Part shown: positions 18,432-34,112 of the stretch, piece by piece
Layout: every line of letters begins with the position of its first letter
How positions within the stretch are numbered: position 1 is the first letter of the stretch
NCBI GenBank assembly: GCA_033442325.1
Contig: JAWQFM010000024.1
Location: forward strand, 136,400-200,399
DNA: 64,000 bases
Direction: 5' to 3'
DNA from: Salpingoeca rosetta
Taxonomy: Eukaryota; Protista; Choanoflagellata
Notes under the pieces: model-generated
The model's input: the letters and a program-made list of their open reading frames with translations, nothing else
Told to the model about the DNA's origin: nothing
Databases searched by the model: none
Position numbers and translations under genes: made by a program

Positions 18432-18637
18432 CTTGTCGCTGTATTTGTCTGTGTGTATCTGTGTTGTGTGTGTATATATATATATATATGTATATCTAAG
18501 TGAATGTGTGTGTATCCGTGTGCACGATGTGTGTGTGTATCCGTGTGTGTCTTCGTGTGCGTGTATCTGGCAAAGCAGCAACGTGCGAAGCAGGTCCTGC
18601 TTGCTACAATTTATAATGTCGTAACAGACCTCCCAAG

Positions 18638-20056
18638 ATGATGATGATCGCAAGCACCACAACAACAACAGCGGTTGCTGGTCTGACGCTGTGTTTGTGG
18701 TACGTGGCGTTTGCGGTAGCCGCGGTGGCCGTGCGATGGCACTGGCCGTGGCTTGGGCTGGTGCTAAGCACGCTAGCGCCCGTCATCATGGTTGTAATTG
18801 CGCCGACCACGCTGCCGCTGGAGGTCGTGGTCATCTACTCCTTTGGAACCATCACGCAATACATGCGCGTGTGCGATGTCGTCGTGGCGGCGCTGGCCCA
18901 GCACAAGACACCCACGAGAAGACCCAGAAGAGGAAGCAGTATCCGCCTCAACGCCAGCACACGCGAGGGTGAGACACTGTCGTCGCAATCCCATGATCAG
19001 CGCACGCCCTCGCCACCCACGTCCCCGACAGTACCACCAACAGTACCACCGCCATCGCTATCATCATCAGCGCCATCACCATCATCATCAGCGCCATCAC
19101 TATCATCAGCGCCGGACGGGGTTTCAGTAAATGTGAAGCAGCCGCGTCGTCACCGCCGGCATGCTGTGTTCTTTTCGAGCTCCACCGCGTTTGCCGTCAT
19201 GTACATTCTCGCGTACCATGACCTGACCCTGGGCAAGTGGGTGTCGTCGAGCGGGGCGGCGCTGCGCGTTGTCTGGCGAGCGAGCCGCTCTGGCCTGCTT
19301 GTGCATGCGCTGTCGGCGGCGGCCCTTGGCCTCCTGATGGGCCTGCCGCACCTCACTGTGGAGCAGGCGAGGGAGGCGCGCCACCTGCCGCACGACGCAG
19401 ACAACCACCACCTGAACGAGGCGGGACGCCCGCCCTGGCAGCCGCCCGCACACTCGGAGCTGCTGCCCACATTCTTCTCCTTCTCCGGTCTGTTTGGCTC
19501 CGCGGAAACTGCAGCAGTGGCTGGTCGATATGCACAGGCCGTCGCAGCCCTCGCCGTGCACACTGTCGTGTTGACGTACGGGGTGACCAGTCTGTACTTT
19601 GTGGACATGCTGTGGGGCAGCATCCTGTCCCTTGGCTGCCTGTCGTGCCGCAGCACGGTTGACATGCCCCGCCTCTGGGCAGCGGGCACGGTGCGGGAGT
19701 TTTGGCGGAGCTGGAACTTGGAGATGCAGCACCTGTTGCATCTGGCCATCTATTGGCCACTGAAGCCCGTGCTCGGCGGCTGGGCGGCGGAGGCGGCCAC
19801 GTTCGCTGCGTCTGCGCTGCTGCACGTGCTGCCGTTTGCGGTGGGCGGTGCAACGGCGCGCCACCTGGCCATGATCGCCGCCTTCTTCATGGCGCAGCCG
19901 TGCTTGATGCTGCTGGAAAGTTGTTGTGCTGCTGGACACGTGTTTGTGCTTCGTGGGTGGCTGTGGGTGTGGGGGTCCTTCTTTCTCACCACGTTTCTTC
20001 TCACCCTCCCTGCCATTGAGTTTGCTCTTCCTCACCTCCTCTTCCTCTTCCATTGA
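18638..20056 (+). CDS. MBOAT acyltransferase, wax synthase / sterol O-acyltransferase (ASAT1-like, MBOAT_2) type, single exon
   Basis: Multiple hydrophobic helices. [33 protein letters not shown] matches the PxxxxSxxxFWxxWN motif. [10 protein letters not shown] carries the catalytic His. Confidence 0.82.
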   Translation: MMMIASTTTTTAVAGLTLCLWYVAFAVAAVAVRWHWPWLGLVLSTLAPVIMVVIAPTTLPLEVVVIYSFGTITQYMRVCDVVVAALAQHKTPTRRPRRGSSIRLNASTREGETLSSQSHDQRTPSPPTSPTVPPTVPPPSLSSSAPSPSSSAPSLSSAPDGVSVNVKQPRRHRRHAVFFSSSTAFAVMYILAYHDLTLGKWVSSSGAALRVVWRASRSGLLVHALSAAALGLLMGLPHLTVEQAREARHLPHDADNHHLNEAGRPPWQPPAHSELLPTFFSFSGLFGSAETAAVAGRYAQAVAALAVHTVVLTYGVTSLYFVDMLWGSILSLGCLSCRSTVDMPRLWAAGTVREFWRSWNLEMQHLLHLAIYWPLKPVLGGWAAEAATFAASALLHVLPFAVGGATARHLAMIAAFFMAQPCLMLLESCCAAGHVFVLRGWLWVWGSFFLTTFLLTLPAIEFALPHLLFLFH

Positions 20057-20064
20057 AAATGGGC

Positions 20065-20138
<74 letters not shown>

Positions 20139-20435
20139 GTGTATGCGCTTGTGTGTTTTATGTTTGTGTGTGTGTGTGTTTGTTTGTGTGTGTGTGTGTG
20201 TGTGTGTGTTGCACTCCCTCACTCCAACACTCCACCTTGGTTATGCTTACTGATGCATCTGTTACTGCTTTGGCTCAGGCTTGCTCGTGTTCGTGTGTTC
20301 GTGTTCGCTTCGTGTGTTCGTGCTGCGCCCTACTACACCACTGCCAAATGAATGCATACTGCATGCTTTCGTAGTTGTTTGCTTGAGGAAGCAAAGGGCG
20401 AGCAAATCCCGAGCGGAGAACGTGTCTGTAATCAC

Positions 20436-20504
<69 letters not shown>

Positions 20505-20604
20505 NNNNNNNNNNNNNNNNNNNNNNNNNNNNNNNNNNNNNNNNNNNNNNNNNNNNNNNNNNNNNNNNNNNNNNNNNNNNNNNNNNNNNNNNNNNNNNNN
20601 NNNN
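20505..20604. other. Assembly gap (100 N) within a long (CA)n tract
   Basis: N run. Confidence 1.
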
Positions 20605-20605
20605 C

Positions 20606-20722
<117 letters not shown>

Positions 20723-20783
20723 ACACACATACACACACACACACATACACACACACACACACACCATCTTGGGAGGACACCAC

Positions 20784-20811
20784 CTGTCAAGTTTGACAGC
20801 CGTCACGTGAT
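20784..20811 (+). promoter_or_regulatory. Candidate CYP51 cis-element: TGACAG inverted repeat plus GTCACGTGAT E-box
   Basis: CTGTCAA-gt-TTGACAG (20784-20799) is followed 2 nt later by GTCACGTGAT (20802-20811), ~305 bp upstream of the CYP51 ATG. Confidence 0.35.
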
Positions 20812-21115
20812 TTTTTCTTTGGCGTTTATTTTTCTTTCTTTCCCGCTTTGTTGCTTGGAAGTGACGAAAGGTGCAGCATGTGCATGAGCGGATATCAACC
20901 TTGTTTGCATCGGTGCCACCTCCTGTCAAACACACGCACACGCACAACACACAACACACAACACGCGTGTGTGCCCTTTCGTTGTTGGTTTGTTTGTGCT
21001 GTTGTGCCAGTGAAGCGCGTGCCTTTCTTCTTTGCCGGCCACCACCATTCTCCTCCTCTCACCACACCACCAAACACAACACAACATCAACAACAACAAC
21101 ACAGGAGAGACCATC

Positions 21116-24718
<3,603 letters not shown>

Positions 24719-24899
24719 GCCCGTCTCGCCCACCATTCGTCGTGCCACATATCATGCACCCCGTGTTTGTATGTCTGTGTATGTCTGTCTGTGTGTGTGT
24801 GTGTGTTTGTGCAGTGATGGGGGTTTTTCCTGTACCTGTGCCTATGTTCCATGTCATTTCTGCGCGTGTCCACCCACTTGCCATTTAGCTCTCTTTCTC

Positions 24900-24940
<41 letters not shown>

Positions 24941-25306
24941 GCGTGTGTGCGTGTGCGTGTGTGAATTCGCATCAGCTCTACCAGTTGAATGTGACTGTTA
25001 CGATGGATTGCCCATCTTCGCCCTCTCCTTTCCAGCTTTTGCTGTTTCTTGCACTCTCCTGTGTCTCTGCTGTGTTGTGCCCTTCCTTGCTCTTGACCAC
25101 TGTCCTACGAAGAAGAAGAACCAGCTAAGATTGGGCAACAGGGCACGATGTCGCATTCATTGCAGTGTATTGCGAGAGCCATTGCCACTGCCACATGTGT
25201 CACATCTCGTCGCATGTCTCACATCGTCGATCGCACGCAGGGCTGGCATTTTCCTCCAAATCTCACACACCACACCTCCTCCACCACCACCAAAGCGCGC
25301 GCAATC

Positions 25307-25939
25307 ATGCGACGAGATTCAAGGTGTGCCTCAGTCCTCACGGCTGGGGTGCTGCTGGTCTTGGTTGCGGCGAGCGGCAGTGGTGGTTGCGAGGGCGCGG
25401 TGTTGCGACAGCAGCCCTTGACCATGACACGGCTCGCGCTCAGTCACAGCCACCACGGCAGGCCTGCAAGCCAACACATCCTCGACCACGAGCGACAACA
25501 ACCACGACAGCAGCAGAACGACAGACACACTTTCCATGTGGCTGGGGGTGCACGGGGCTTTGCAGCACAAGCGCAGGAGCAGGGCCCCGCAGCTGAGAGA
25601 CAAGGTGCACCAAGCTCACACAAACACAGTGCCCACAGGAGAGTGACGTACGATTACGAGAACCCGATCGAGTACGGGTGCCATGCGTACGAGGCCGACG
25701 TTCGGATTGACGGCATCCCGGGCTCGTTCTGCTCCCCGTCGTGCTCCCGCACGGTGCCGTGCTCCACAAACCTACCACCCGACACCACGGCCGCGCCGGA
25801 GTGCGTGCTGGAGTTTCCAGGCGACACAGCGCCCTCCATGTGCGCGCTCGTGTGCACACCAGGCGCCAACCAATGCCCCCTCAACGCCAGCTGCAAGTCT
25901 ATCTCCCCAGGCATGGGCCTGTGCACCTACAACACATGA
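25307..25939 (+). CDS. Secreted protein with C-terminal 10-Cys domain, single exon, ~210 aa
   Basis: Signal peptide MRRDSRCASVLTAGVLLVLVAASG, low-complexity linker, RR site, then YENP..C..FCSPSC..C..PEC..CALVC..QC..SCK..LCTY. Confidence 0.8.
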   Translation: MRRDSRCASVLTAGVLLVLVAASGSGGCEGAVLRQQPLTMTRLALSHSHHGRPASQHILDHERQQPRQQQNDRHTFHVAGGARGFAAQAQEQGPAAERQGAPSSHKHSAHRRVTYDYENPIEYGCHAYEADVRIDGIPGSFCSPSCSRTVPCSTNLPPDTTAAPECVLEFPGDTAPSMCALVCTPGANQCPLNASCKSISPGMGLCTYNT

Positions 25940-26370
25940 AAACCGGTGCAGCTGCTGCACCTATCAGTCGTCAGTGCGACGTGTCCCTTCTTCACCCGAA
26001 CCCTCTTGCCTGTCACATCACATCATCTTCTCACGCGTTGCTTAGCTTCCCACCTTCCTTGTGCTTGCTTTGCTTGCTTTCCGTTGCTTTCTTCCCTGTC
26101 TCTGTTCCATCGCACTGCCTGGAGTAGCACCAACACACCCTGTCATGCCCTTTCTTTCCTTCCCCCATGTCTCGTGTTAGCCCCTGCAGTCACCACTCAT
26201 CAGTAAACGAATGCCAAGCAAGCAGCACCGAGAGGCGGGAAACAAGGTCAGGGTCGGGTTGAGTCAGAGACAAGTGATCACAACAAGGTCCAGCACCACA
26301 GCACCACTTTCGTTGTGTCCAGCCACGCGAACACACAATTTCGCTGTCATCACAGCGCGTGACAACAACG

Positions 26371-27618
26371 ATGGACAACAGCAGCAGGCGGTGTGGCTGC
26401 GGTGGCCGCGGCGGAGGCAGGGATAGCAAGTCGAACATGGAGGGGCGGAGACGAGAAGGACGACGGTTACGGCGAGGTGGCTCGGTTGTTGGAGCTGTGG
26501 TAGCTCTGGTGGCGGCGGTGGTGACAGTGATGGTGGTGATGGAGGCAGACACGGCATGGGGAAGGGAGTTTCAGCAGTGCGAAGAAGGAGAGGTGTGTAT
26601 TGGCACAGCATGCTTTGTGCTGGAGGGGGGAGGTGGCATCGAGGGCTACCACCTGCCGTGTTCCGTCTGTCGGTGCGTGCCACGCGAGGGCGGCTTGCTC
26701 CTGCATCCCCTGGACCGCCCGCCCTGCCCGCTGGAGAAGCTGCGGCCCAAGTGGGTCTTCTACAAGAACATGCACCACAGCATGATGTTCCCGACCCGCT
26801 GCCAGATGAACTTCTACAACCAGACACACCTCTGGCAGGAGCTGCAGCGGCGCAACGGCATGTGGATTGCCATGGTCGGCGACAGCCTCATCCGCTCCGT
26901 CTTTGCAAGCCTGCTCGACCTCTTCTTGCCCGGCCCCGTCAAGGAGTACACCTCTTTCGAGAAGGACGTGTACCACCTGGACCACCTCATCTGCTGCCGT
27001 GCGCCAGACGACTGCGTCGGCGAGATCCGCACTGACCCGGATGCCGTCTTCACAGACATGGTGCAGCGGCACATGAGGCACAGCGGCGTCAGCTGCATCA
27101 CGTGGCAGTGGGGTCGCTACGCGGACGATGACCTCATCAAGGCCACCGCGCGCCTGGCCGCCAGCTCCCCTGCACCGGCCGCCATCGTCGTCAACCCGGG
27201 CATCCACGGCCTTCTGCCGGGCTCACGCTTCATCAAGGAGCTCGACGGCATGGAGCGCTTCCTCAAACTGTGCGGCAGGCTCGGTCGGCAGACGCAGTGC
27301 ATTGTGCAGACAACCGCGCACACGGGGTACAACCGCACCGACGCTGTCACCTACAAGCACCTGCGCCTGCGCCAATACATTGCAGCATACAACGCGGGCG
27401 TGATTGAGCTCATCCACGCCTACGGAACGGCCAAGTACGTCGACGCGGGCCGACTGTCACGCTCCCCGCTGATTCGCGCAACCATGTCTGGCGATCGACT
27501 GCACTTCTTGAAGGATCCCGTTATCTTTGGGCCCGTCATTGCGCAGAGCATGCTCAACCTCTTGGTCAGCCCGTGCGACGACTGCCTCACCGTGGAGGCG
27601 CTCGAGAACTTTTTCTGA
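26371..27618 (+). CDS. Type II membrane SGNH/GDSL PC-esterase-family protein (TBL/NXPE/Cas1-like O-acyltransferase or esterase), single exon
   Basis: Basic N-tail, TM VVGAVVALVAAVVTVMVVM, Cys-rich stem, WIAMVGDSLIR (GDS nucleophile), VVNPGIH, C-terminal GDRLHF (DxxH). Confidence 0.8.
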   Translation: MDNSSRRCGCGGRGGGRDSKSNMEGRRREGRRLRRGGSVVGAVVALVAAVVTVMVVMEADTAWGREFQQCEEGEVCIGTACFVLEGGGGIEGYHLPCSVCRCVPREGGLLLHPLDRPPCPLEKLRPKWVFYKNMHHSMMFPTRCQMNFYNQTHLWQELQRRNGMWIAMVGDSLIRSVFASLLDLFLPGPVKEYTSFEKDVYHLDHLICCRAPDDCVGEIRTDPDAVFTDMVQRHMRHSGVSCITWQWGRYADDDLIKATARLAASSPAPAAIVVNPGIHGLLPGSRFIKELDGMERFLKLCGRLGRQTQCIVQTTAHTGYNRTDAVTYKHLRLRQYIAAYNAGVIELIHAYGTAKYVDAGRLSRSPLIRATMSGDRLHFLKDPVIFGPVIAQSMLNLLVSPCDDCLTVEALENFF

Positions 27619-27951
27619 CGTATTCTTGTGTTCTTGTGTGTGTGTCTGTGCGTGCGTGTTCTTGTGTATGTCTGTGCGTCTGTGCGTCTGTCTGTCTGTG
27701 TGTCTGTGTGTCTGTGTGTGTGTGTGTGTTCTTTTCGAGCGTTCCTCGTTCATCGATGTCCGTCGCTCGTATCTCCTTTAGCTCTTACATCAAGCTTTAG
27801 TGTACGTATCACCTCATGTGTGTGTATGTGTGTGTCTTTCGTCTCTCGTGCCCCACCATCCTTCAACAAACACACACGCGCGCGCTCTTTCCTCAGAGCA
27901 TCTTCTCTGTCCATTTAGTGTCACATAAACAACTTCAGGCAGTGAACACAT

Positions 27952-27988
<37 letters not shown>

Positions 27989-28010
27989 TGTGTGTGTGTG
28001 TGTGTGTGTG

Positions 28011-28150
28011 TTATGACGACTTGTCAAGGTCCCGCAGCATGGCTTGCTTCGTGCGCGCACGCCCTTCTTCACTGCAGTCCGGAGAGATGAATGAGGTGAG
28101 GACGGCAGTGGGAGCGTGTGATGTGTCGACCATCTCACGCATAAATGCAC

Positions 28151-28217
<67 letters not shown>

Positions 28218-28715
28218 CACACACGTACGGTGTGATGATGGGCTGGAAGTCAAACTCGGGTTTTGCGCGCGTGCCGATGAACCACTGCGACCAAAGAATG
28301 CCTGTGACGGCGCCAGGTGTCAACTGCAACAGCGACACACAAGTCAGTGAGTGCATGTGGTAGGTGGTGATGGGAGGAGGCTAGAGGCCGGGCAATCTAG
28401 GAAGCAATCAAGGAACGTGAATGTGCATGACCACCACGAGCACACATGCATACACGTTCTTCATTCACACTAACACGCTCTCTCTTCCTCCCTCCTTTTT
28501 GTGTCACACGTACGGTTGGAGTGTAGGTGACGACTGGAGAGAGGACCCACGCAAGTGCCATGTTGATGTAGGCCAGCAAGATGACCTGGTCAAGCCACAG
28601 CGCAGATTTGCACGCGAGTCAGCCATCATGCGTTGACATGCACAACACCAATCACCCTCTGACGACAACAGATGCACACACCACACACACACACACGCAC
28701 ATGTACACACGTACA

Positions 28716-28787
<72 letters not shown>

Positions 28788-28962
28788 AGCCATGCTGGGA
28801 TGTACGGCCATGCTGGCGGCATCCTGTACCCGGCGGCCTCAACAAACTCCTCAAAGAACTCCCTGCAAGAAGAAGGAAGAAGGAACAAGAAAATCGCGCC
28901 ATCGGTGATGGTATGTCATATCACAAACAACGTGTCCCTGCACAACTACAAACAAACAAACA

Positions 28963-29006
<44 letters not shown>

Positions 29007-29009
29007 ACA

Positions 29010-29054
<45 letters not shown>

Positions 29055-29277
29055 CAACACACCAGAAGTTTTCTGCGGTTGTGGTCTCTGAGAGGAGATA
29101 GGCGCGGCCCTGGCACCGCGGATCAGCACGAAGGAGCTCGCGTGCCGCACACACGTGCGCGTGGGCCACGTTCTTGACGTAGATGTGCGTCATCACAATG
29201 TCGGGGCTGCCGAGACGAACAGCGAGGGAGCCCGATTTGGCTGCGTTCATCACATTGGGCAAGTGGTACGGATCACG

Positions 29278-29329
<52 letters not shown>

Positions 29330-29988
29330 ACAGGCACAGGCAATCACAGGCACAATCATGATCGGTGAGACGACTGCAATAATGTGTGTGTGTGTGTGTG
29401 TCCATGCGCGTACGCTCTCATATCGACAAAAGTCACCGTGCCTGTGAACCGCCTCCCCCCTTCCACATTTACCCACGTGGCATGGTTGACCCACCTCTCC
29501 ATACATGCCAGTGACCCGGAGGGCACACGTCCGCAGCTGCGTGCCGTTGACTGCCAGCACCTCCTGCTCTGCCTGCGCCTTTGTTGTTGCATATGCCCCG
29601 TACAGGAACTGGCTTGGTGTCGGTGGCACCTTGGCCTGCTCGTCCGTCACCCCGCGATGATGCTTGCCTCTCCTGTGTGTGCATGTATGTGTGTGTGCGT
29701 GCATGTGTGAGAGTGTGCGTGAGTGAGTGAGTGTGTGTGTGTGTGTGTGTGACGAATACAGCAACACAGACAGAGAGAGAGAGAGACACACACACACACA
29801 CACTGTACGCCATCAATAGAAGGCGGCGGTATGTTGCGTGTGTATGCGTGTGCCTGCTCTTTGCATCATACCAGCAAACAACATCCATGGTGCTCGTGAA
29901 GACGAGGGCAGGCACCTGAAAACACACAGTGCGCGAGGCATTCAGTGTCAGCCTTGAGATTGCAAAACAGGCGCCCCCTCCCCCACAG

Positions 29989-30035
<47 letters not shown>

Positions 30036-30519
30036 CAGACGTGACAACATGGCAAGTGCACGGTGACATACGTGCTGCTCCAGGCACGCCGTGATCACGG
30101 TCTGTGTGCCGACGACGTTCACCTACCAAACGGATTCAAATGCACCGCACCAGCTCATGAGAAGGGGACAAGGAGGGGGCTACTGGCTCGTGTTCGTGGT
30201 TATGGCTGTGGGTTATTGGTTGTTTATGTGGGCTGTTGCTGTTGTTTTGTTTGTTGCGACGAGATGCAGATCCACGTATGCACCTGCGTCATGTGTGAAA
30301 ACAAAACAAAACAAAAAACACACCTCGTGAAGCACGTGTGCAGGGCGCTGTCCCCAATCCACCAAGGCAGCCACGTGGAACACGACATCCGCGTCAGCGA
30401 AGGCCTTAGTCAAACACGCCGCGTCCGTGATGGAGCCAGTCACACTCACCAACTTCTCCCGCCCTTTGTGTCCAGCTGGAAACAACCAACTCAGATGCGT
30501 GAGCTCGGCGCGTTCGCCC

Positions 30520-30550
<31 letters not shown>

Positions 30551-30966
30551 TGCACACACAAACACACACACACGCGCGCGCGTAGAGGCTAAGGCGCACC
30601 GATGATCTCGTTGTCGATGGGTCGAAGATCCAAGATCCGTACTTCGACATAGTCCTTGTCATCCAGCAACTCCTCCACCAGATGTGCTGTTGGAAGCGAG
30701 GTGATGTGATGGAGTCACACAACAGCAAAACAACACATCAGTCGTTGCGTTCGCATGTGTGCACACACACACAGAGCTCACGCACACACTCACACAGCAC
30801 ACACACACTCACACAGCACACACACACGCACACACTCACACACAGAGCTCACGCACACACTCACACAGCTCACACACACGCACACACACACACACACACA
30901 GCACGCACAGCCAAGGAAGCCCGCGGCGCCAGTGACCACGGCGATGCGTCCGCCACTCCTCGTCAT
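28011..30966 (-). CDS. 3beta-hydroxysteroid dehydrogenase family extended SDR (HSD3B/NSDHL/SDR42E group), ~11 exons
   Basis: Spliced product contains VVTGAAGFLGSHLV, GSITD, VFHVAALVD, VNVVGTQTVITAC, LVFTSTMDVV, YATTKAQAE (YxxxK), LRTCALRVTGMYGERD, YVKNVAHAHVCAA, and a C-terminal hydrophobic segment. The junctions traced are GT-AG and in phase. Confidence 0.9.
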
Positions 30967-31502
30967 TGTGTTGTCAGTCAACACTGTCCTCCTGAAGCGG
31001 ACGAATGATATGGTGAATTATCGTTGCGGCTTGTCAAAATTCTTTTATTTTTTCATGGTGCCACCCTGACCGTTACACGCATCGCATACCACCACTACTT
31101 GTGCCACTTGTGCCAAGCACCCTGACACCAACCCGTGGCCCACTCTCCCTTCTTGCACACCCACGCACGACCTTGGCTGGTGCCACCACAAGCAGATTCG
31201 GGGGGTGAGCGGACACGCACACACACCAAATACAGAGGAGACGACAAGAGACAACACTAAGCAAGAGAGGACGCCAGCACTCTCATCAGTCCTTCGAGGT
31301 TGAGCAACCGACGTCCTGGCTTTGTTCTTGGTGTATTCGAGCAAGTGCCGCTCAGTACCAAACTCACAGCAGAGGTGGCTCGTGGGTTTTTTTGTTTTGT
31401 GCACTGCGTGCAGGTTTCAGCGCTTTTTGGAACTTGGCGGTAACGGAACATCAATCAGTCTGGTTCCCACCGGTTGCAGAGCAGAGAGAACTGAGAATCG
31501 AC

Positions 31503-31646
31503 ATGGACCCTTCCTCTGCTGCAGGTGAGTCAGCAAGCAGCAAGCGGCCAACACCAACAAAGTTCTGGAGAGCTTCCTTCCAACGCCTCCCTTCCTTGCT
31601 TGGTCACTCTCCTTCGCAGCCACACACGCTCACACACTCTCACACA

Positions 31647-31685
<39 letters not shown>

Positions 31686-31693
31686 TCACTCAC

Positions 31694-31728
<35 letters not shown>

Positions 31729-33629
31729 CTCACGATGGCGAAGAGGCTGCGCCACGTGTTGTACCGAGCCAGCCTGAGATTGCCGCGAGGTTTGCGGATG
31801 TACCCGGGTTTGAGGAGGGCGCGGCCTTGGTGCGAAACGGCAGGCTGCCAAAGGTCGACAGCGAGGTGCAGTCCCAGCGACGACGAAGGGTAGCGGCCAT
31901 GCTGACGGAGACGGACATGTTCAAGCTCCCCACCAAGCTGTTTGAGCAGTTTCTGAATGACTCCGGGCTTGTTGACCCGCGGTTCAGTGGCTACTGTCGC
32001 TACCTGCGCGAGGCATGGTACAACTTCAAGGGCAAGCGGCTGCCAGACGATGTGTGCACGTACGGCTGTGGCCGTCTGGCTGAGTTTCGCGGCCAGATTG
32101 TCGACACGCGACTCTCTGTGGCCGGTGTCCGCTTCCTGGAGGACGAGCGCGAGCGGTACATGAACCGCATCCAACAGCAACGGAGTCGACAGCGGCGCAA
32201 GAAGCAGCGCAAGGCCGCCAGGACCAACCCAGATGCGCAGTCACCGCACGCCGCCCACCAGCCGCACGCCATGATCCGAGAAGAGTTCCTGCAGAACATA
32301 CAGCAGCAACAGCAACAGCAGCAGCAGTTCTATCGTCAGCCACAGCAACAGCGGCAGTCGAAACCGCAACTACAACAGCAGCAGCAACAACAACAACAAC
32401 AACAGCAGCAGCAGCAGTTCACCTCGTTGACCGTGCCCGTCACCTCCATGTACCCACAGCAGTTGCCAAGACCACATGGCCAACATGTGCCCGGCGAAGC
32501 CGCGCCGGAGGTGCGTGGGCAACCCCACATGCAACCGCAACAGATGCAGCCAGCTCACATGCGCATGCAGCCCATGCAGCCGTTCATCACCGAAGGCCCA
32601 GACACAATGGTGGCCGTGCCCGTGGTGAGCGTCGCTCCAGCGCCGCTCAGTCAAGACAGTGGCGAGCAACGGCACCAGTACACGTTGCAGTCACAGCAGG
32701 TCCACCCTGGTGGGGATGGCATAGGTGTGCTGCCACAACAGCATGCACGGGAAGGCGATGCGGTGGCCACCACCTTCGCGACCCCTGCACGAGTTCAGCA
32801 GAGCAACGACGCAAACACAATCGACAGCAGCAGCTCCGCATCAAGAGTGATGCCGTGGGGCACGCCACATGTGGCAGCAATGTCGCCACCCGGCGGAAAG
32901 AGCAGCAGCGCCATCAGCGATACACTGGGCACGCACACCATGCTGCGGCAATCCCCGATGAGGCTGCCACACTCACAATCACTTGTACAGCAGCAGCAGC
33001 AGCAGCAGCTTCACCAGCACCACCAGCACCAGCACCAGCAACCGCCAATGGGGATGGTGTTTGTACAGAGCCCGACCCAGTTACACTCGGGGCAGGGGTA
33101 TCCGCGGTTCATATATGTGAGCCAGCCGCCGATTGCGCTCACAGCTGTTCCACAGGATTTGCTGGACAAGCAAGAGAGCCCGTACAAGGTATTGCCACCG
33201 CCAGCCAGCGTGGCGAGCACGGCTGTGCAGCACCAAGCCGCGAGCATAACGTCCACACAAGTGAGTGTATCCGCGGTAAATACACGAAGAAGCGTGGTGG
33301 CTCCGACGGCAGCGAGGAAAGACGGGTTTACTCGCAGCGTGAGCGATCCGGAGCCAACGAAACAGACCACCAGCAGTGGAGCTGGTGCTGCTGCTGCTGC
33401 AGCTGTACATGAGCAGCAACAGCAACAGCAACAGCAACAGGAGGATGGAGGCCGCAGTGACCGCGACACACATACGCCTGAGGCTGAATCACACCAGGGC
33501 GATCCGCAAAACGAAGAAACCCCTGGGGACGTCGGGGATACCGCCGCGATAGGCATGGCGCGCACTGCCCATGTGCTCGCAGCGCCGAAGACCGTGGTGC
33601 ATGGCAGCAGCAAGCTGCACCCTCAACAA

Positions 33630-33660
<31 letters not shown>

Positions 33661-34112
33661 CACCACCACCACAAGCGGTGGGAACTCTTGGGGCGGGAAT
33701 AGGAGGTGGAATGGTGGAAGGTGCTGATGAGGGGTTGAGGCGACAGAGCGAGGGCGGCGAGGGTGATGCAGCGAGACGTGGGGTTTCACGGGCACAGAAG
33801 AAGCTGCTGCCTGTCTTGCGTGACATCACTGTTCCTCCTCCCCCTCAACAGCAACAGCAGCAGCAGCAGCAGCAGGAGGAGGAGGAGTTATTGCTGAGGG
33901 GAAGTGCAAGAGAAGGAGCAGTGCATGAGGATCCTGTGCAGAGCAAGCGGCCAAAGCTAAGCACGCTGCTGCCGTCTTCAGAGGGAACTTCAACACCCGC
34001 CATGCAGATGGCCGTGGCAGCCAGCAATGTACCACCACCTGCATCCGCCTCGTCCTTGCCTACGTCTAGGCAGCCAACCCAACGCCAAGCCTCTCGGCAT
34101 GAACAGGAATAG
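31503..34112 (+). CDS. Q-rich putative transcription factor with Maf/CNC-like helical region plus bZIP basic region but no leucine zipper
   Basis: Exon 1 31503-31524, exon 2 31729-34112. RLSVAGVRFLEDERERYMNRIQQQRSRQRRKK contains N-x7-R. The rest is Q/P/S-rich and disordered, with a KRPKL NLS-like motif. Confidence 0.65.
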
